Positions 1-9,835 of a stretch of 64,000 bases of DNA are shown here, in pieces. The stretch lies in NCBI GenBank assembly GCA_965243135.1, contig OZ251539.1, positions 4,640,001-4,704,000 of the forward strand. Direction: 5' to 3'. The notes under the pieces are model-generated. The model was not told the origin of the DNA and did no database searches. It was given only the letters and a program-made list of their open reading frames with translations. Made by a program: the position numbers and the translations under genes. The first letter of the stretch is position 1. Each line of letters opens with the position of its first letter. The stretch comes from Alphaproteobacteria bacterium. Its GTDB lineage: Bacteria > Pseudomonadota > Alphaproteobacteria > MPNO01 > UBA830.

Positions 1-2385
1 CCCGCGCGCCAGCGCAAGATCGACGAGCTCCTGGACCGGGCGGAACGCCAGAACAGGCCGGTTCATTTGATGGCGACGGCGGCCGAAGCGCCCGACGCGC
101 CCATCGGCCCCAGCCGCCTGATGCGCGCCGCCGAGGCGAAGGCGCTAGCCGCGAACCTGTCGCCGAAGCCCTGGCCGACGGACCGGACCCAGGCGCTGAC
201 CGCGGCGCGCTCGATCCGCGCGGACGGCCCTGCCCATGCGTTCTGGATCGCGGACGGCCTCGGCGGCGGCGAGTCGACGGAGAGGCTGGCGGAAGCGTTG
301 CAATCCCTCGGCAACCTGACGGTGATCGAGCAACCCGCCGCGGCACGGGCGCGGCTGATCGGAACGCCGGTCGCGGAGGGCCAGGCGCTTTCCGTTCCCG
401 TCTCGCGGGTGCCGTCGCCGGCCGAATCCCGGATCCGGTTGCGGGCCGTGTCGGAAGACGGACGGCTGATCGCCAGCGAAGACGCCCGGTTCGCCGAAAA
501 CGCCGGAACCGCGATCGTCCGGATGGCGTTGCCCGCAGAGCTTCGCAACGAGATCGGACGACTCGAAATCGAAGGCGGCCGCAATGCGGGCGAAGTGTTC
601 CTGATGGACGAACGATGGCGCCGCAGGCCGGTCGGCATCGTGTCCGGCGACGCGTCGGAAGCGGAGCAGCCTTTGCTGTCCTCGATCTATTACCTGGAGC
701 GCGCGCTCGGCCCGTTCGCCGAAACGCGCCTTGGGAGCGTCTCGAAGCTGCTCGAGCGGGAGATCTCCATGATCGTGCTCGCCGACATCGGCAAGGTTCT
801 GGAAACCGACGCGCGGTCCCTGGAGGATTGGATGTCGAACGGCGGCGTGACGCTTCGCTTCGCCGGCCCCAGACTCGCCAGCGGCGGCGACGATCTGATC
901 CCGGTCCGGCTGCGCCGCGGCGGACGCGTTCTCGGCGGCGCCATGTCCTGGGCGGAACCGGCCCGGCTGCTTCCGTTCGAGGAAGCCAGCCCCTTCGCCG
1001 GACTGCCGACGCCACGAGACGTCCGCATCCGCCGTCAAGTTCTCGCCGAACCGGGGATCGACCTCAACCGCAAGACCTGGGCGCGGCTGGCGGACGGGAC
1101 GCCGCTGGTGACCGCGGAAGAGCGAGGAAGCGGCTGGCTCGTCCTCGTCCACACCACCGCGAACACTGATTGGTCGAACCTGCCGATCTCGGGCTTGTTC
1201 GTCGAGGTTCTGCGCCGCATCGTCGGCCTGAGCGCTGGCGTCGGCGGCGAAGACGGCGACGCCCTCCTGCCTCCTCTAATGACCCTGGACGGCTACGGGC
1301 GTCCCGGACCGCCTTCCGCCGACGCGATCAGCATTCCGGCGCGCGCGTTCGAGGATGCCCGGCCCTCGCCGGCCACGCCGCCGGGATACTACGGCCGCGA
1401 CAACGGCCGGCGGGCGCTCAACCTGGGGTCCAGCGCGGCGGACCTGGCGCCGATCGGAGAGCTTCCTTCCGGCGTGGAGCGCCGCGGCTTCTCCTCCAAG
1501 CCGTCGGTGGATTTCAAGCCGTGGCTGTTGCTCGCCGCTTTCGTTCTGGCGATGGCGGATCTCGTCGTCGGCCTCGCCCTTCGCGGATTGCTTCGCTTCG
1601 GAGCGGCCGGACTGGCGCTGCTCGCCGTCCTGCCGGAGCCCGCGCAGGCGGATCCTTCGGACGCGCGGGCGCTGGAGGCGACGCTGACGACGCGGCTCGC
1701 CTACGTGCGAACCGGAGACGCCCAGCTCGACCGCATGACGGTCGCCGGCCTCCGCGGGCTGTCGCGCGTCCTGGAGCGCCGGACTTCGGTCGAGCCGGGG
1801 GCGCCTCTGGCGGTCGACATCGAAACCGACGAGCTCGCCTTCTTCCCGTCGCTCTACTGGGCCGTCTCGCCGCGCCAGGCCGGACTGTCCGAGAACGCGC
1901 GCGACAAGTTGAACCAGTACCTCAAAGCCGGCGGTTCCGTTTTCTTCGACACCGGAGAGCAGGGCGGATTCCTGTCCGACGTTTCGGGAGGGGTCGGCTC
2001 GGCGGGGCTTCGTCTCCGGCAACTGCTGCAGGGACTCGACATACCGCCGCTAATCCGCGTGCCGCCGGACCACGTGCTGACCCGGGCCTTCTATCTTCTC
2101 GACGACTTTCCGGGGCGATGGGCCGGAGGCGCGGTCTGGGTCGAGCGGCGGGGCGGCCGCCACAACGACGGCGTTTCGTCGATTCTCGTCGGCTCCAACG
2201 ACTGGGCCGGGGCGTGGGCGGCGGACGAGGCGGGACGCCCCCTCGCGGCCGCGGTCCCGGGGGGCGAGCGCCAGCGGGAGTTCGCGTACCGCTTCGGCGT
2301 GAACTGGATCATGTACGTGCTGACCGGAAACTACAAGACCGATCAGGTGCACGTGCCCGCCATCGTCGAGAGATTGGGGCAATAG
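1..2385 (+). CDS. BatA/DUF4159 domain membrane protein (5' end outside the window)
   Basis: Frame is open from base 1. C-terminus HVLTRAFYLL..FPGR..NDWAGAWA..AYRFGVNWIMYVLTGNYKTDQVH is typical of DUF4159 proteins of the alphaproteobacterial MoxR-DUF58-BatA locus; one internal TM stretch. Confidence 0.8.
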   Translation, partial: PARQRKIDELLDRAERQNRPVHLMATAAEAPDAPIGPSRLMRAAEAKALAANLSPKPWPTDRTQALTAARSIRADGPAHAFWIADGLGGGESTERLAEALQSLGNLTVIEQPAAARARLIGTPVAEGQALSVPVSRVPSPAESRIRLRAVSEDGRLIASEDARFAENAGTAIVRMALPAELRNEIGRLEIEGGRNAGEVFLMDERWRRRPVGIVSGDASEAEQPLLSSIYYLERALGPFAETRLGSVSKLLEREISMIVLADIGKVLETDARSLEDWMSNGGVTLRFAGPRLASGGDDLIPVRLRRGGRVLGGAMSWAEPARLLPFEEASPFAGLPTPRDVRIRRQVLAEPGIDLNRKTWARLADGTPLVTAEERGSGWLVLVHTTANTDWSNLPISGLFVEVLRRIVGLSAGVGGEDGDALLPPLMTLDGYGRPGPPSADAISIPARAFEDARPSPATPPGYYGRDNGRRALNLGSSAADLAPIGELPSGVERRGFSSKPSVDFKPWLLLAAFVLAMADLVVGLALRGLLRFGAAGLALLAVLPEPAQADPSDARALEATLTTRLAYVRTGDAQLDRMTVAGLRGLSRVLERRTSVEPGAPLAVDIETDELAFFPSLYWAVSPRQAGLSENARDKLNQYLKAGGSVFFDTGEQGGFLSDVSGGVGSAGLRLRQLLQGLDIPPLIRVPPDHVLTRAFYLLDDFPGRWAGGAVWVERRGGRHNDGVSSILVGSNDWAGAWAADEAGRPLAAAVPGGERQREFAYRFGVNWIMYVLTGNYKTDQVHVPAIVERLGQ

Positions 2386-2386
2386 G

Positions 2387-4390
2387 GTGCTGAGCGTCGC
2401 CTTCGCGCCGATGTTCCCCTGGCCGGCGATCGGCGTCCTGGCCGCCGTCGCCGCGCTGCTCTTCGGGCTCCGCCCGCGAGCGCGGGGCGCCGGATGGCGG
2501 CTGGCGGCGGCGGCTGTGCTGCTGGCCGCGCTCGCCAACCCTTCCCTCGTCGAAGAAGAGCGCGTCGAAAACCCCGACGTGGTCGCCGTCGTCGTCGACG
2601 CGAGCGCGTCGCAGCGCGTCGGCTCGCGCCGGGAACAAACCGACGCCGCGCTGGCCGCGCTTGCGGAACGGCTTCGCGGCATGCGCGGGGTCGAGACGCG
2701 GATCGTCCGCGCCGGCAGCGGCCGGGACGGCACGAAGCTGTTCGACGCCGTGCAACGAACTTTCGCGAACGTGCCCCGGGACCGGATCGGCGGCACGTTC
2801 CTGATCACGGACGGCCAGGTGCACGACGCCGGCGACCCGCCGGTCCCGGGACCGGTCCACGCCCTGCTCAGCGGCTCGCCCGGCGAAATCGACCGCCGGC
2901 TGGAAATCGAGAACGCGCCGCGTTTCGGCCTCGTCGGCAAGTCGGTCGAAATCGACGTCCTGATCCGCGGCGGCGCCGGCGCGGCGCGAATCGCATTGAC
3001 CCAGGACGGAAAGCCGAAACGGACGGTTACCGCGCCTGTCGGACGCAGCCATCGGATTTCGCTCGATCTCGACCACGCAGGCGCGAACGTCCTTCAGCTG
3101 GAGGCCGAGCCCCTCGAGGGAGAGATCGCCCGCGTCAACAACCGCGCGGTGGTGCAGGTCAACGGCGTTCGCGAACGGCTTCGCGTTCTTCTCGTTTCCG
3201 GCGAACCTCACGCCGGAGAACGCGTGTGGCGCAACTTCCTGAAGGCGGACCCGTCGGTCGACCTCATCCACTTCACCATCCTCCGCCCGCCCAGGAAGCA
3301 GGATTCCACGCCGGTGCGCGAGCTGTCGCTGATCGCGTTTCCCACCCGGGAACTGTTCGACGAAAAGATCGCGGAGTTCGACCTTATCATCTTCGACCGC
3401 TACCGCCGCCGCGGCGTGCTGCCCGATCTCTATCTGGAGAACATCGTCCGTTACGTGGAGAACGGCGGCGCGTTCCTGACCGCGGTCGGACCGTCGTTCG
3501 CGACCGAACTCAGCCTTTTCGAAACGCCGCTCGGAAACATCCTGCCCGGCCGTCCCACGGGCCGGATTCTCAAGCGAGGCCTGCGGCCGCGCCTGTCGGA
3601 CTACGGCTTCCGCCACCCCGTCACCGCGGATCTGGCGGACGAAACGCGATGGGGCCGGTGGTTCCGTCAGATAGAAGCCGACGCTGGCCGCGGACGCGTG
3701 CTGATGAACGGCCCCGGCGACCGGCCCTTGCTGATCCTGGACCGGGTCGGCGACGGGAGGGTGGCCCAGCTGCTCAGCGACCACATCTGGCTCTGGGCCC
3801 GCGGCTTCGAGAACGGCGGCCCGCATTCGGAAATTCTGCGCCGCCTTGCGCACTGGCTCATGAAGGAGCCCGACCTGGAGGAAGAAGCCATCGGCGGCAA
3901 GGCCGAGGGCGGAGAACTCGTCATCGTCCGGCGAAGCGCGGCCGGCGAGTTCTCGGAGGTCACCGTCACGACGCCCTCCGGCGCGGTGCGGAAGGTGACT
4001 CTGAAAGCGGACGGACGGGGCCGGGCGCAGGCGTCGATTCCCGCGGAAGAGACCGGGCTCTACAGGCTGGAAGACGAAAGCAGCAGCGCCGTCACCGCCG
4101 TCGGCAATCCCAACCCGCGGGAATTTTCCGACATGCGGGCCACCGCCGAACCGCTCGCCGCCACGACCGCCGCCTCCGGCGGCGGCCTGCATTGGTTGAA
4201 GGACGGCTTTCCGGATTTGAGAAGGGTCCGCCCGGGCGCGACGGCGTCCGGCGAGCGCTGGATGGGCGTGGTGGCGAATCGCGACTACAGGGTCGCGAAC
4301 ATCCGGGAGATCCCGCTCCTGCCCGCGATCGCGGTGCTGATCCTCGGCCTCGGCGCGCTGCTCTGGGCCTGGCGCCGCGAAGGCGATTGA
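2387..4390 (+). CDS. Conserved membrane protein with glutamine-amidotransferase-like domain (DUF4159-locus partner)
   Basis: N-terminal TM pair, FLITDGQVHD, VSGEPHAGERVWRNFLKADPSVDLIHFTILRPP, C-terminal TM ending WRREG; starts 1 nt after the upstream stop. Confidence 0.75.
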   Translation: MLSVAFAPMFPWPAIGVLAAVAALLFGLRPRARGAGWRLAAAAVLLAALANPSLVEEERVENPDVVAVVVDASASQRVGSRREQTDAALAALAERLRGMRGVETRIVRAGSGRDGTKLFDAVQRTFANVPRDRIGGTFLITDGQVHDAGDPPVPGPVHALLSGSPGEIDRRLEIENAPRFGLVGKSVEIDVLIRGGAGAARIALTQDGKPKRTVTAPVGRSHRISLDLDHAGANVLQLEAEPLEGEIARVNNRAVVQVNGVRERLRVLLVSGEPHAGERVWRNFLKADPSVDLIHFTILRPPRKQDSTPVRELSLIAFPTRELFDEKIAEFDLIIFDRYRRRGVLPDLYLENIVRYVENGGAFLTAVGPSFATELSLFETPLGNILPGRPTGRILKRGLRPRLSDYGFRHPVTADLADETRWGRWFRQIEADAGRGRVLMNGPGDRPLLILDRVGDGRVAQLLSDHIWLWARGFENGGPHSEILRRLAHWLMKEPDLEEEAIGGKAEGGELVIVRRSAAGEFSEVTVTTPSGAVRKVTLKADGRGRAQASIPAEETGLYRLEDESSSAVTAVGNPNPREFSDMRATAEPLAATTAASGGGLHWLKDGFPDLRRVRPGATASGERWMGVVANRDYRVANIREIPLLPAIAVLILGLGALLWAWRREGD

Positions 4391-4410
4391 ACGCCGTCGG
4401 CGCCGGAGAC

Positions 4411-4566
4411 TTATTGGATGCCGAGACCGGCGCAGATGGACAGCACGAAGGACTGAACCAGGTAGACGTCGGCCACCGCGGGGACGGCGAGCGCGCCGAT
4501 CAGTAGCAAAGCTCCGATCAGCAGGTATTCCGGCCGCACGGTCGGCCTTTTGTCGTTTTCGGACAT
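4411..4566 (-). CDS. Small membrane protein, 51 aa (below ORF-track cutoff)
   Basis: Hand translation MSENDKRPTVRPEYLLIGALLLIGALAVPAVADVYLVQSFVLSICAGLGIQ*; hydrophobic; fills the gap between convergent and divergent neighbours. Confidence 0.55.
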   Translation of the reverse strand: MSENDKRPTVRPEYLLIGALLLIGALAVPAVADVYLVQSFVLSICAGLGIQ

Positions 4567-4702
4567 GACGCGAGATTAGCGCGTTCGGCAAAGAATTCAA
4601 TGACGGAATTCCGTCCGAGAACGACAGGAAACGGACGGCGGTGTTGCTATCGGCCGAAATACGGAATACAGTCCAGACAACGGTCGGCACACTGATTTTT
4701 CC

Positions 4703-5356
4703 ATGGATTCTGGAACGCAGATCACGGGGGACCCGGCGGCTCGTCCCGCGACGAAGAGAGAGCGGCGAGCGGCCAGCATCGATGCGCTCCTGACGGCCGC
4801 GTTGCGCCTGTTCATCACGCAGGGCTACCACGCCACCACGGTCGAGGAAATCGCGCAATCGGCCGGGCTGACGAAGGGCGCCGTGTATTTCTATTTCAGA
4901 AGCAAGGCGAACGTGCTTCGCGCGCTGCTCGACCGGACGGAGACGCTGACCGTCGCGCCGACCGTCGCCGCCATGGAGGCCGTCGGAAAGGAGCCGCGAG
5001 CGCGCCTCAACGCCTTCATCCGCACGCAGTCGGCGATCGGCGCCGAGAAAACGGAATACATGCTGCTCGCGATCCTGATGAGCGCCGAGTTCAACGGCTC
5101 GGGCGACGAAACCGAAACGAGGCTGCGGGAACTCATGGCGCGGATGGAGGACGCCCTGCGCGACACCGTGACGGCGGGACAGAAAAGTGGCATCTTCCGG
5201 CGCGGGATCGGAGCCGGCGAACTCGCCAGCGTCATCATGGCGACCAACAAGGGTTGCTACGTGGAATGGTACATGCGCCGCGGCGATCTCGACGGTCACG
5301 ACTTCGCGCGCGCCTTTCGGGATTTCGTGGTGAACGGCATCGTGGCGGAACGTTAG
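4703..5356 (+). CDS. TetR/AcrR family transcriptional regulator
   Basis: HTH motif LFITQGYHATTVEEIAQSAGLTKGAVYFYFRSK. Confidence 0.92.
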   Translation: MDSGTQITGDPAARPATKRERRAASIDALLTAALRLFITQGYHATTVEEIAQSAGLTKGAVYFYFRSKANVLRALLDRTETLTVAPTVAAMEAVGKEPRARLNAFIRTQSAIGAEKTEYMLLAILMSAEFNGSGDETETRLRELMARMEDALRDTVTAGQKSGIFRRGIGAGELASVIMATNKGCYVEWYMRRGDLDGHDFARAFRDFVVNGIVAER

Positions 5357-5372
5357 AGAAGATGGAGCGAAC

Positions 5373-6314
5373 ATGACGATTCAACGGGAAGATCCGCGCG
5401 AACGCGCGCTGCAGGAACGCATCGCGGCCGGGCACGTGCTCGAAGACGCCGAGGAGATGACGCCGCGCTATCGGGACGTGCTGGTCAACACGATCCACAT
5501 CGCGGCCGACCTCGAGGTCGTCACGCTGCCCACTTACTCGCCCGCGATTCGCACGTCTCCCACCCTGGAAGACAAGATCGCCATCGCCGCCGCGTGCCAG
5601 GACGAACTCGGCCACGCCCAGATGATGTATCGGATTCTGGAGGATTTCGGCTACGACACGCACAACTTCCTGTTCGAGCGCGACCCCGAGGAGTGGCGCA
5701 CGTTTCAGATGCTCGAATTTCCGCACGAGGACTACATCGAATCGGTCGTGTCCATGTGCTACGGCGACCGCGCCGGCTACATAACGACCGTCGACCTCGA
5801 AGAGAACTGCTCCTACGCGCCGTTTTCGCGGTCGTTGCGCAAGGTGAACTACGAGGAGACGTTCCACGTCGGTCACGGCGAACGCTGGGTCCGCTTCTTC
5901 TGGAACCATTCGGAGGACGCGCGGCGGCGCGTCCAGGAAGCGGTCGATTTCTACTTTCCCCTGTGCGCCGCCTGGTTCGGACTGCCCGACGACCTCAAGA
6001 CGCGCACCGACCAGATCAGATACCGCATCCGCGGCGCCTCGAACGACGAAATGCGCCAGAAATGGCTGTCGCGGATCGTGCCGTTCTCCGAGGGCGTCGG
6101 GATCAAGGTGCCCGCGCATTTCGACGAGGACCGGGGCAAGTACGTGCTGGACTACGAGCCGCCGATCGCGCTGGACGAGGAATCCCGGAAATGGGACTAC
6201 GGAAAGCGGATATCCTGGGAGGAGCAGCTCCGGATATGGAAGAAGGGATCGAAGCACAAGGTGCCGTCGATCAACCGCGTGCTTTCCGAAGTCTGGGGCG
6301 ACGAACTCTGGTGA
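5373..6314 (+). CDS. PaaA-like di-iron ring epoxidase catalytic subunit (PaaA/PaaC ferritin-like family)
   Basis: PTLEDKIAIAAACQDELGH and VNYEETFH (two ExxH motifs), RRRVQEAVDFYFP, NDEMRQKW; GGAG RBS. Divergent from canonical PaaA. Confidence 0.8.
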   Translation: MTIQREDPRERALQERIAAGHVLEDAEEMTPRYRDVLVNTIHIAADLEVVTLPTYSPAIRTSPTLEDKIAIAAACQDELGHAQMMYRILEDFGYDTHNFLFERDPEEWRTFQMLEFPHEDYIESVVSMCYGDRAGYITTVDLEENCSYAPFSRSLRKVNYEETFHVGHGERWVRFFWNHSEDARRRVQEAVDFYFPLCAAWFGLPDDLKTRTDQIRYRIRGASNDEMRQKWLSRIVPFSEGVGIKVPAHFDEDRGKYVLDYEPPIALDEESRKWDYGKRISWEEQLRIWKKGSKHKVPSINRVLSEVWGDELW

Positions 6315-6326
6315 GCCTCCGCCGCG

Positions 6327-8996
6327 TCAGCCGGCCGGCATTCCGGAAAGGCTTTCGAGGAAACGCCTGACGGCGACGACCGACGCCGGTCCGTCTCCGG
6401 ACAGGATGCGCATCGCGTCGGGCGGCAGTTCCTCCGGCGCCTTCAACGTCAGGTACTCCGCCGCCGCGTCTGCGTCGTCGGGTTCCGCGTCGCCGCGCAA
6501 GGCCGCCAGCGCGGCGGTCGCGAGCCGGGCCGCCTCGACGATCGGAGCCCGCGCCTCCTCGGCGAAGCCTCCGCCTTCGAGAAGCGCGGCGGCCTTCAGC
6601 TTGCGCTCCGCGCTTTCGGCAAGCGTTTTCATCCGGAGGTCGCGTCCGTTGGGAGCTTCCGCCCCGCCGGCGCCCGGATAGATTTCCCGGAGGTTTTCGG
6701 CCGGCATCGACACCAGTCCCGACTCCGCCAGCCGGAGCATCGTTTCATGCGTGTCCGGATCGATCACGCTCACCCGCAGGCCCGTCGCCTCCGAAAGCCG
6801 GCGTTCTTCCGCGGCGCGGCGCGAAGGCGGCAGCGCGATCACGACGAGCACCGTATCCTCCCGCGCGAGAATGCGGCGCAACGCCGCGCCGTGCCCCGCC
6901 GCAAGATCGTCCCGAAGCTTGTCCAGGGGCGACGGCTCCACGACCGCCTTGTCCTTCTCCTCGCCGAGCACCGCTTCCAGGCGCTCCATGAAAGCCGTCC
7001 GGCTGCTCGGCAAACGGATCTCCGAAAGGTCGCCGCGACGGTCGAGCACGCCTTCCGCCAGCGCCCGCTTGGCGTCCAGCAAGGTGAGCATGCGGGATTC
7101 GATGCTGTTCTCGGTCACCAGGTTAATGACGTTGACGGCGCGAGTCTGGTGCTTGCGCCAGGCGCGAGCCACCCGCTGCTCGAGCCGGGCCGGGTTCCAG
7201 GGCTGGTCCATGTTGACCACGGTGTCGGCCACCTGGAGGTTCAGGCCGACCCCCCCGGATTCGGAGGAGAGAAACAACCGGCAGTCGGGATCCTCGCGGA
7301 ATCTGTGGATTTCGGCGCGGCGCCGTTGCTGCGGGACCGACCCGGTGTGCCAGGCGAAATCGAAGCCGTTCTCCACCGCGTAGCTCCGCACCAGTTCCAG
7401 CATTCGCACCCACTCGGAGAAAACGATGATCTTCCGCTGCGGATCCTCCAGAAGATCGGGAAACAGGCGCTCGATCTCCTCCAGCTTGGGACAATCGACG
7501 TTCTCGTCCCCAAGGATGTACGTCGTGTCGCAGATCATGCGCATGCAGGCGAGATACCGTTGCAGCCTTTCGAATTCTTCCTTCGCCAGCGGCCGCTTCC
7601 GCGCCTGCGCCGCAAGTTTTCTCACGCGATATTCGTAGTCCTCGTAGAGATCCGTCTGGGCTTTGGTCATGTGAACGAAGAAGGTCTTCGTGGCCCGGCC
7701 GGGAAGCTGGCCTTCGACGTCCTCCTTGCGCCGCCGCAGCATCACCGAAGAGATGCGGTTCGCCAGTTCGTCGAGATTTTGAAACCCTTCCGGCCTCCCC
7801 TTTTCGTCCAGGCTGTAGAACTCGCGGTTGAAGCGGAACAGGGGGCCAAGAAGTTCCGGATCCAGGAACTGGACGATCGAGTAGACTTCGTCGATCCGGT
7901 TCTCGAGCGGCGTTCCCGTAAGGACGAACGCGTACTTGCTGCGCAGCTTCTTCACCGCGTTCGCGGTTTTGGTCTGCCAGTTCTTGATGCGCTGGGCCTC
8001 GTCGAGAATCACGATGTCGGGCCGCAGCGTGTCGAGAAGATCCTCGCCGTCGACCACTATCTGCTCGTAGTTGGCGAGCGTGAAAAACGCGGGATCGGCG
8101 TAGATCCTTCGCCGCGCCAGACGGTTGCCGTACACGATCTTCGAGGACAGGTCCGAAAATTTGGCGATCTGCTCTTCCCACTCGGCCTTGAGCGACGCCG
8201 GCGAAATCACGAGCACGCGCGATATGCCGCGCGCCTGACGCAACAACGCGCAGGCAGCGATCGCCTGCACCGTCTTGCCGAGACCCATGTCGTCGGCGAG
8301 CAGCGCACGCTCCCCGAAGGCGAGATGGAGCGCGCCCTCGACCTGATACGGCAGCAACGGCATCTTGAGGAAATCGAGCGAGCGGCGTCCGCTCTCCAGG
8401 TCCGCCGCGAAACGCGCGCGCTCCCGATGCCTGCGATTCGCGGCTTCGCGAGAGGCGACCCACCCGTTCAGCCGCCGGGATACCCGCAAACCGTCGACAT
8501 TGGCCTGCGCCAGTTCGCGGAGTTCGCGAAGGGCTTTCGGCGATCCGCGGCCCACATGAGAGAACAGGCGCTCGACCTCCTGCAGCAGGTCCGAACCCGC
8601 GAACGCTTCCGGGGCCGTCATCTTCGGGAGCCGCTCGTCCGCCTCGTCGAGAAAGATCTCGATGCGGTCGTTCGCCTCCGCCGGCCGCGCGTTGCGGTTC
8701 CGAAGCCGGTGAAGCACGCCTTCGACATGCTTGCAGGTTCCGAGCCGATTGGTGCGGTAGTCCTGGCAATCGCAGGAGTTGACGCGCTCCCGGAGCGAGC
8801 GGATTTCCACCGTATAGCCGCCGCCGCTCGAAGACACGACCCGGTAATCCCCGAAAAGCCGGGAATCGAGCGCTTGCACCTCCTCGATTTCAGTGCGGCC
8901 CCGCCATTCCCGCCGCTTGATCTCGTCCTCGTCCGTGGATATCCAGCCCCGGAAAACGGGCGGACGTTCTTTGGCCTTCTTTTCTTTCTCGGTCAC
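6327..8996 (-). CDS. SWIM zinc finger + SNF2 (DEAD/DEAH) helicase
   Basis: CDCQDY..GTCKH (SWIM); LADDMGLGKT, ILDEAQRIKN, LTGTPLEN, GGVGLNLQ, PWNPARLEQRVARA. GTG at 8996 chosen for its GGAG RBS (ORF track extends to 9041). Confidence 0.9.
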   Translation of the reverse strand: MTEKEKKAKERPPVFRGWISTDEDEIKRREWRGRTEIEEVQALDSRLFGDYRVVSSSGGGYTVEIRSLRERVNSCDCQDYRTNRLGTCKHVEGVLHRLRNRNARPAEANDRIEIFLDEADERLPKMTAPEAFAGSDLLQEVERLFSHVGRGSPKALRELRELAQANVDGLRVSRRLNGWVASREAANRRHRERARFAADLESGRRSLDFLKMPLLPYQVEGALHLAFGERALLADDMGLGKTVQAIAACALLRQARGISRVLVISPASLKAEWEEQIAKFSDLSSKIVYGNRLARRRIYADPAFFTLANYEQIVVDGEDLLDTLRPDIVILDEAQRIKNWQTKTANAVKKLRSKYAFVLTGTPLENRIDEVYSIVQFLDPELLGPLFRFNREFYSLDEKGRPEGFQNLDELANRISSVMLRRRKEDVEGQLPGRATKTFFVHMTKAQTDLYEDYEYRVRKLAAQARKRPLAKEEFERLQRYLACMRMICDTTYILGDENVDCPKLEEIERLFPDLLEDPQRKIIVFSEWVRMLELVRSYAVENGFDFAWHTGSVPQQRRRAEIHRFREDPDCRLFLSSESGGVGLNLQVADTVVNMDQPWNPARLEQRVARAWRKHQTRAVNVINLVTENSIESRMLTLLDAKRALAEGVLDRRGDLSEIRLPSSRTAFMERLEAVLGEEKDKAVVEPSPLDKLRDDLAAGHGAALRRILAREDTVLVVIALPPSRRAAEERRLSEATGLRVSVIDPDTHETMLRLAESGLVSMPAENLREIYPGAGGAEAPNGRDLRMKTLAESAERKLKAAALLEGGGFAEEARAPIVEAARLATAALAALRGDAEPDDADAAAEYLTLKAPEELPPDAMRILSGDGPASVVAVRRFLESLSGMPAG

Positions 8997-9092
8997 GTTG
9001 GAATCTCCATGCCAGCCGGTCGACAACCCGATCCGCGTCAAACTATCACAATGTCGAGAATCGCCGAGCCGGCCGGACGCGCCGAAGATGCC

Positions 9093-9121
9093 TTGACGAC
9101 GGCGGAAGATGCGGCCACAAT
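9093..9121 (+). promoter_or_regulatory. Putative sigma70 promoter for the downstream paaD/B/C-like genes
   Basis: TTGACG-17 bp-CACAAT. Confidence 0.4.
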
Positions 9122-9230
9122 CGCCTCTTGAAGATTGGCGTCACGCTTCCGGGCGAGCGCGGAAAGGACTTCTGAAAGATGCGGCACTCGCGGCGTCCCC
9201 TCCGGACGCGGGCAATTCTTGCGCTACGGC

Positions 9231-9557
9231 ATGAGCGGCGGACCTCCGACGCGCGATGACGTCGCCGCTGCGCTCGAAGCGGTCAACGATCCCCATGTGC
9301 CCGCCAGCCTCCGGAGGATGGGGATGCTCCGCGAAATCGAGGTTTCCGGCGACGGCGTCGTCGTCGTTCGCCTTTGCATTCCTTGCATGGGCTGCCCCGG
9401 CACGGGCCTTCTGCGCGACGCCGTGCGCGACGCCGTCATGTCCCTCGACGGCGTCGCCGACGTGATCGTGGAGGAAGGGTGGCATCTCCCGTGGTCGCGG
9501 GAAATGGTGGATCCCGAGGTCCGGAGCATGATGCGCGCCAACGGCATACAGGTTTGA
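9231..9557 (+). CDS. PaaD N-terminal-like DUF59 (metal-sulfur cluster assembly) protein
   Basis: ALEAVNDPHVPASLRRMGMLREI..CMGCP..PWSREMVDPE matches the DUF59 pattern; start placed at ATG 9231. Confidence 0.75.
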   Translation: MSGGPPTRDDVAAALEAVNDPHVPASLRRMGMLREIEVSGDGVVVVRLCIPCMGCPGTGLLRDAVRDAVMSLDGVADVIVEEGWHLPWSREMVDPEVRSMMRANGIQV

Positions 9558-9558
9558 A

Positions 9559-9819
9559 ATGACGATCAGAAAGACGATAGACCAGAAACGCGAGCGCGGC
9601 GGGGAGACGCCGAAATATTACGAGGTCTTCGCGCGCAGGAATTCCGGATCCGACCTTTCCCATGTCGGATCGGTGGAGGCGCCGAACGACGATCTCGCGA
9701 AAGTTCGCGCCTGGTACATCTACGATCAGCACCAGTGGCGCGAGATGTGCATCGTGCCGCTCGACGCGATCGTTACCGTCACCGAAGAAGGCAAATCCGC
9801 CAAAATCAAGATGGGATGA
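9559..9819 (+). CDS. PaaB-like epoxidase small subunit
   Basis: YEVFAR..HVGSVEAPNDDLA..A..Y..IVP matches the PaaB pattern. Confidence 0.8.
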   Translation: MTIRKTIDQKRERGGETPKYYEVFARRNSGSDLSHVGSVEAPNDDLAKVRAWYIYDQHQWREMCIVPLDAIVTVTEEGKSAKIKMG

Positions 9820-9835
9820 GCGGGGAAGCGGGAGA

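Noticed and set aside
2309-5374. 1021-aa minus-strand ORF and similar long ORFs (17296..20601, 57587..60367, 6747..9131)
   Set aside because: Antisense or off-frame shadows of real genes in GC-rich DNA; Arg/Gly/Pro-rich with no family motifs.
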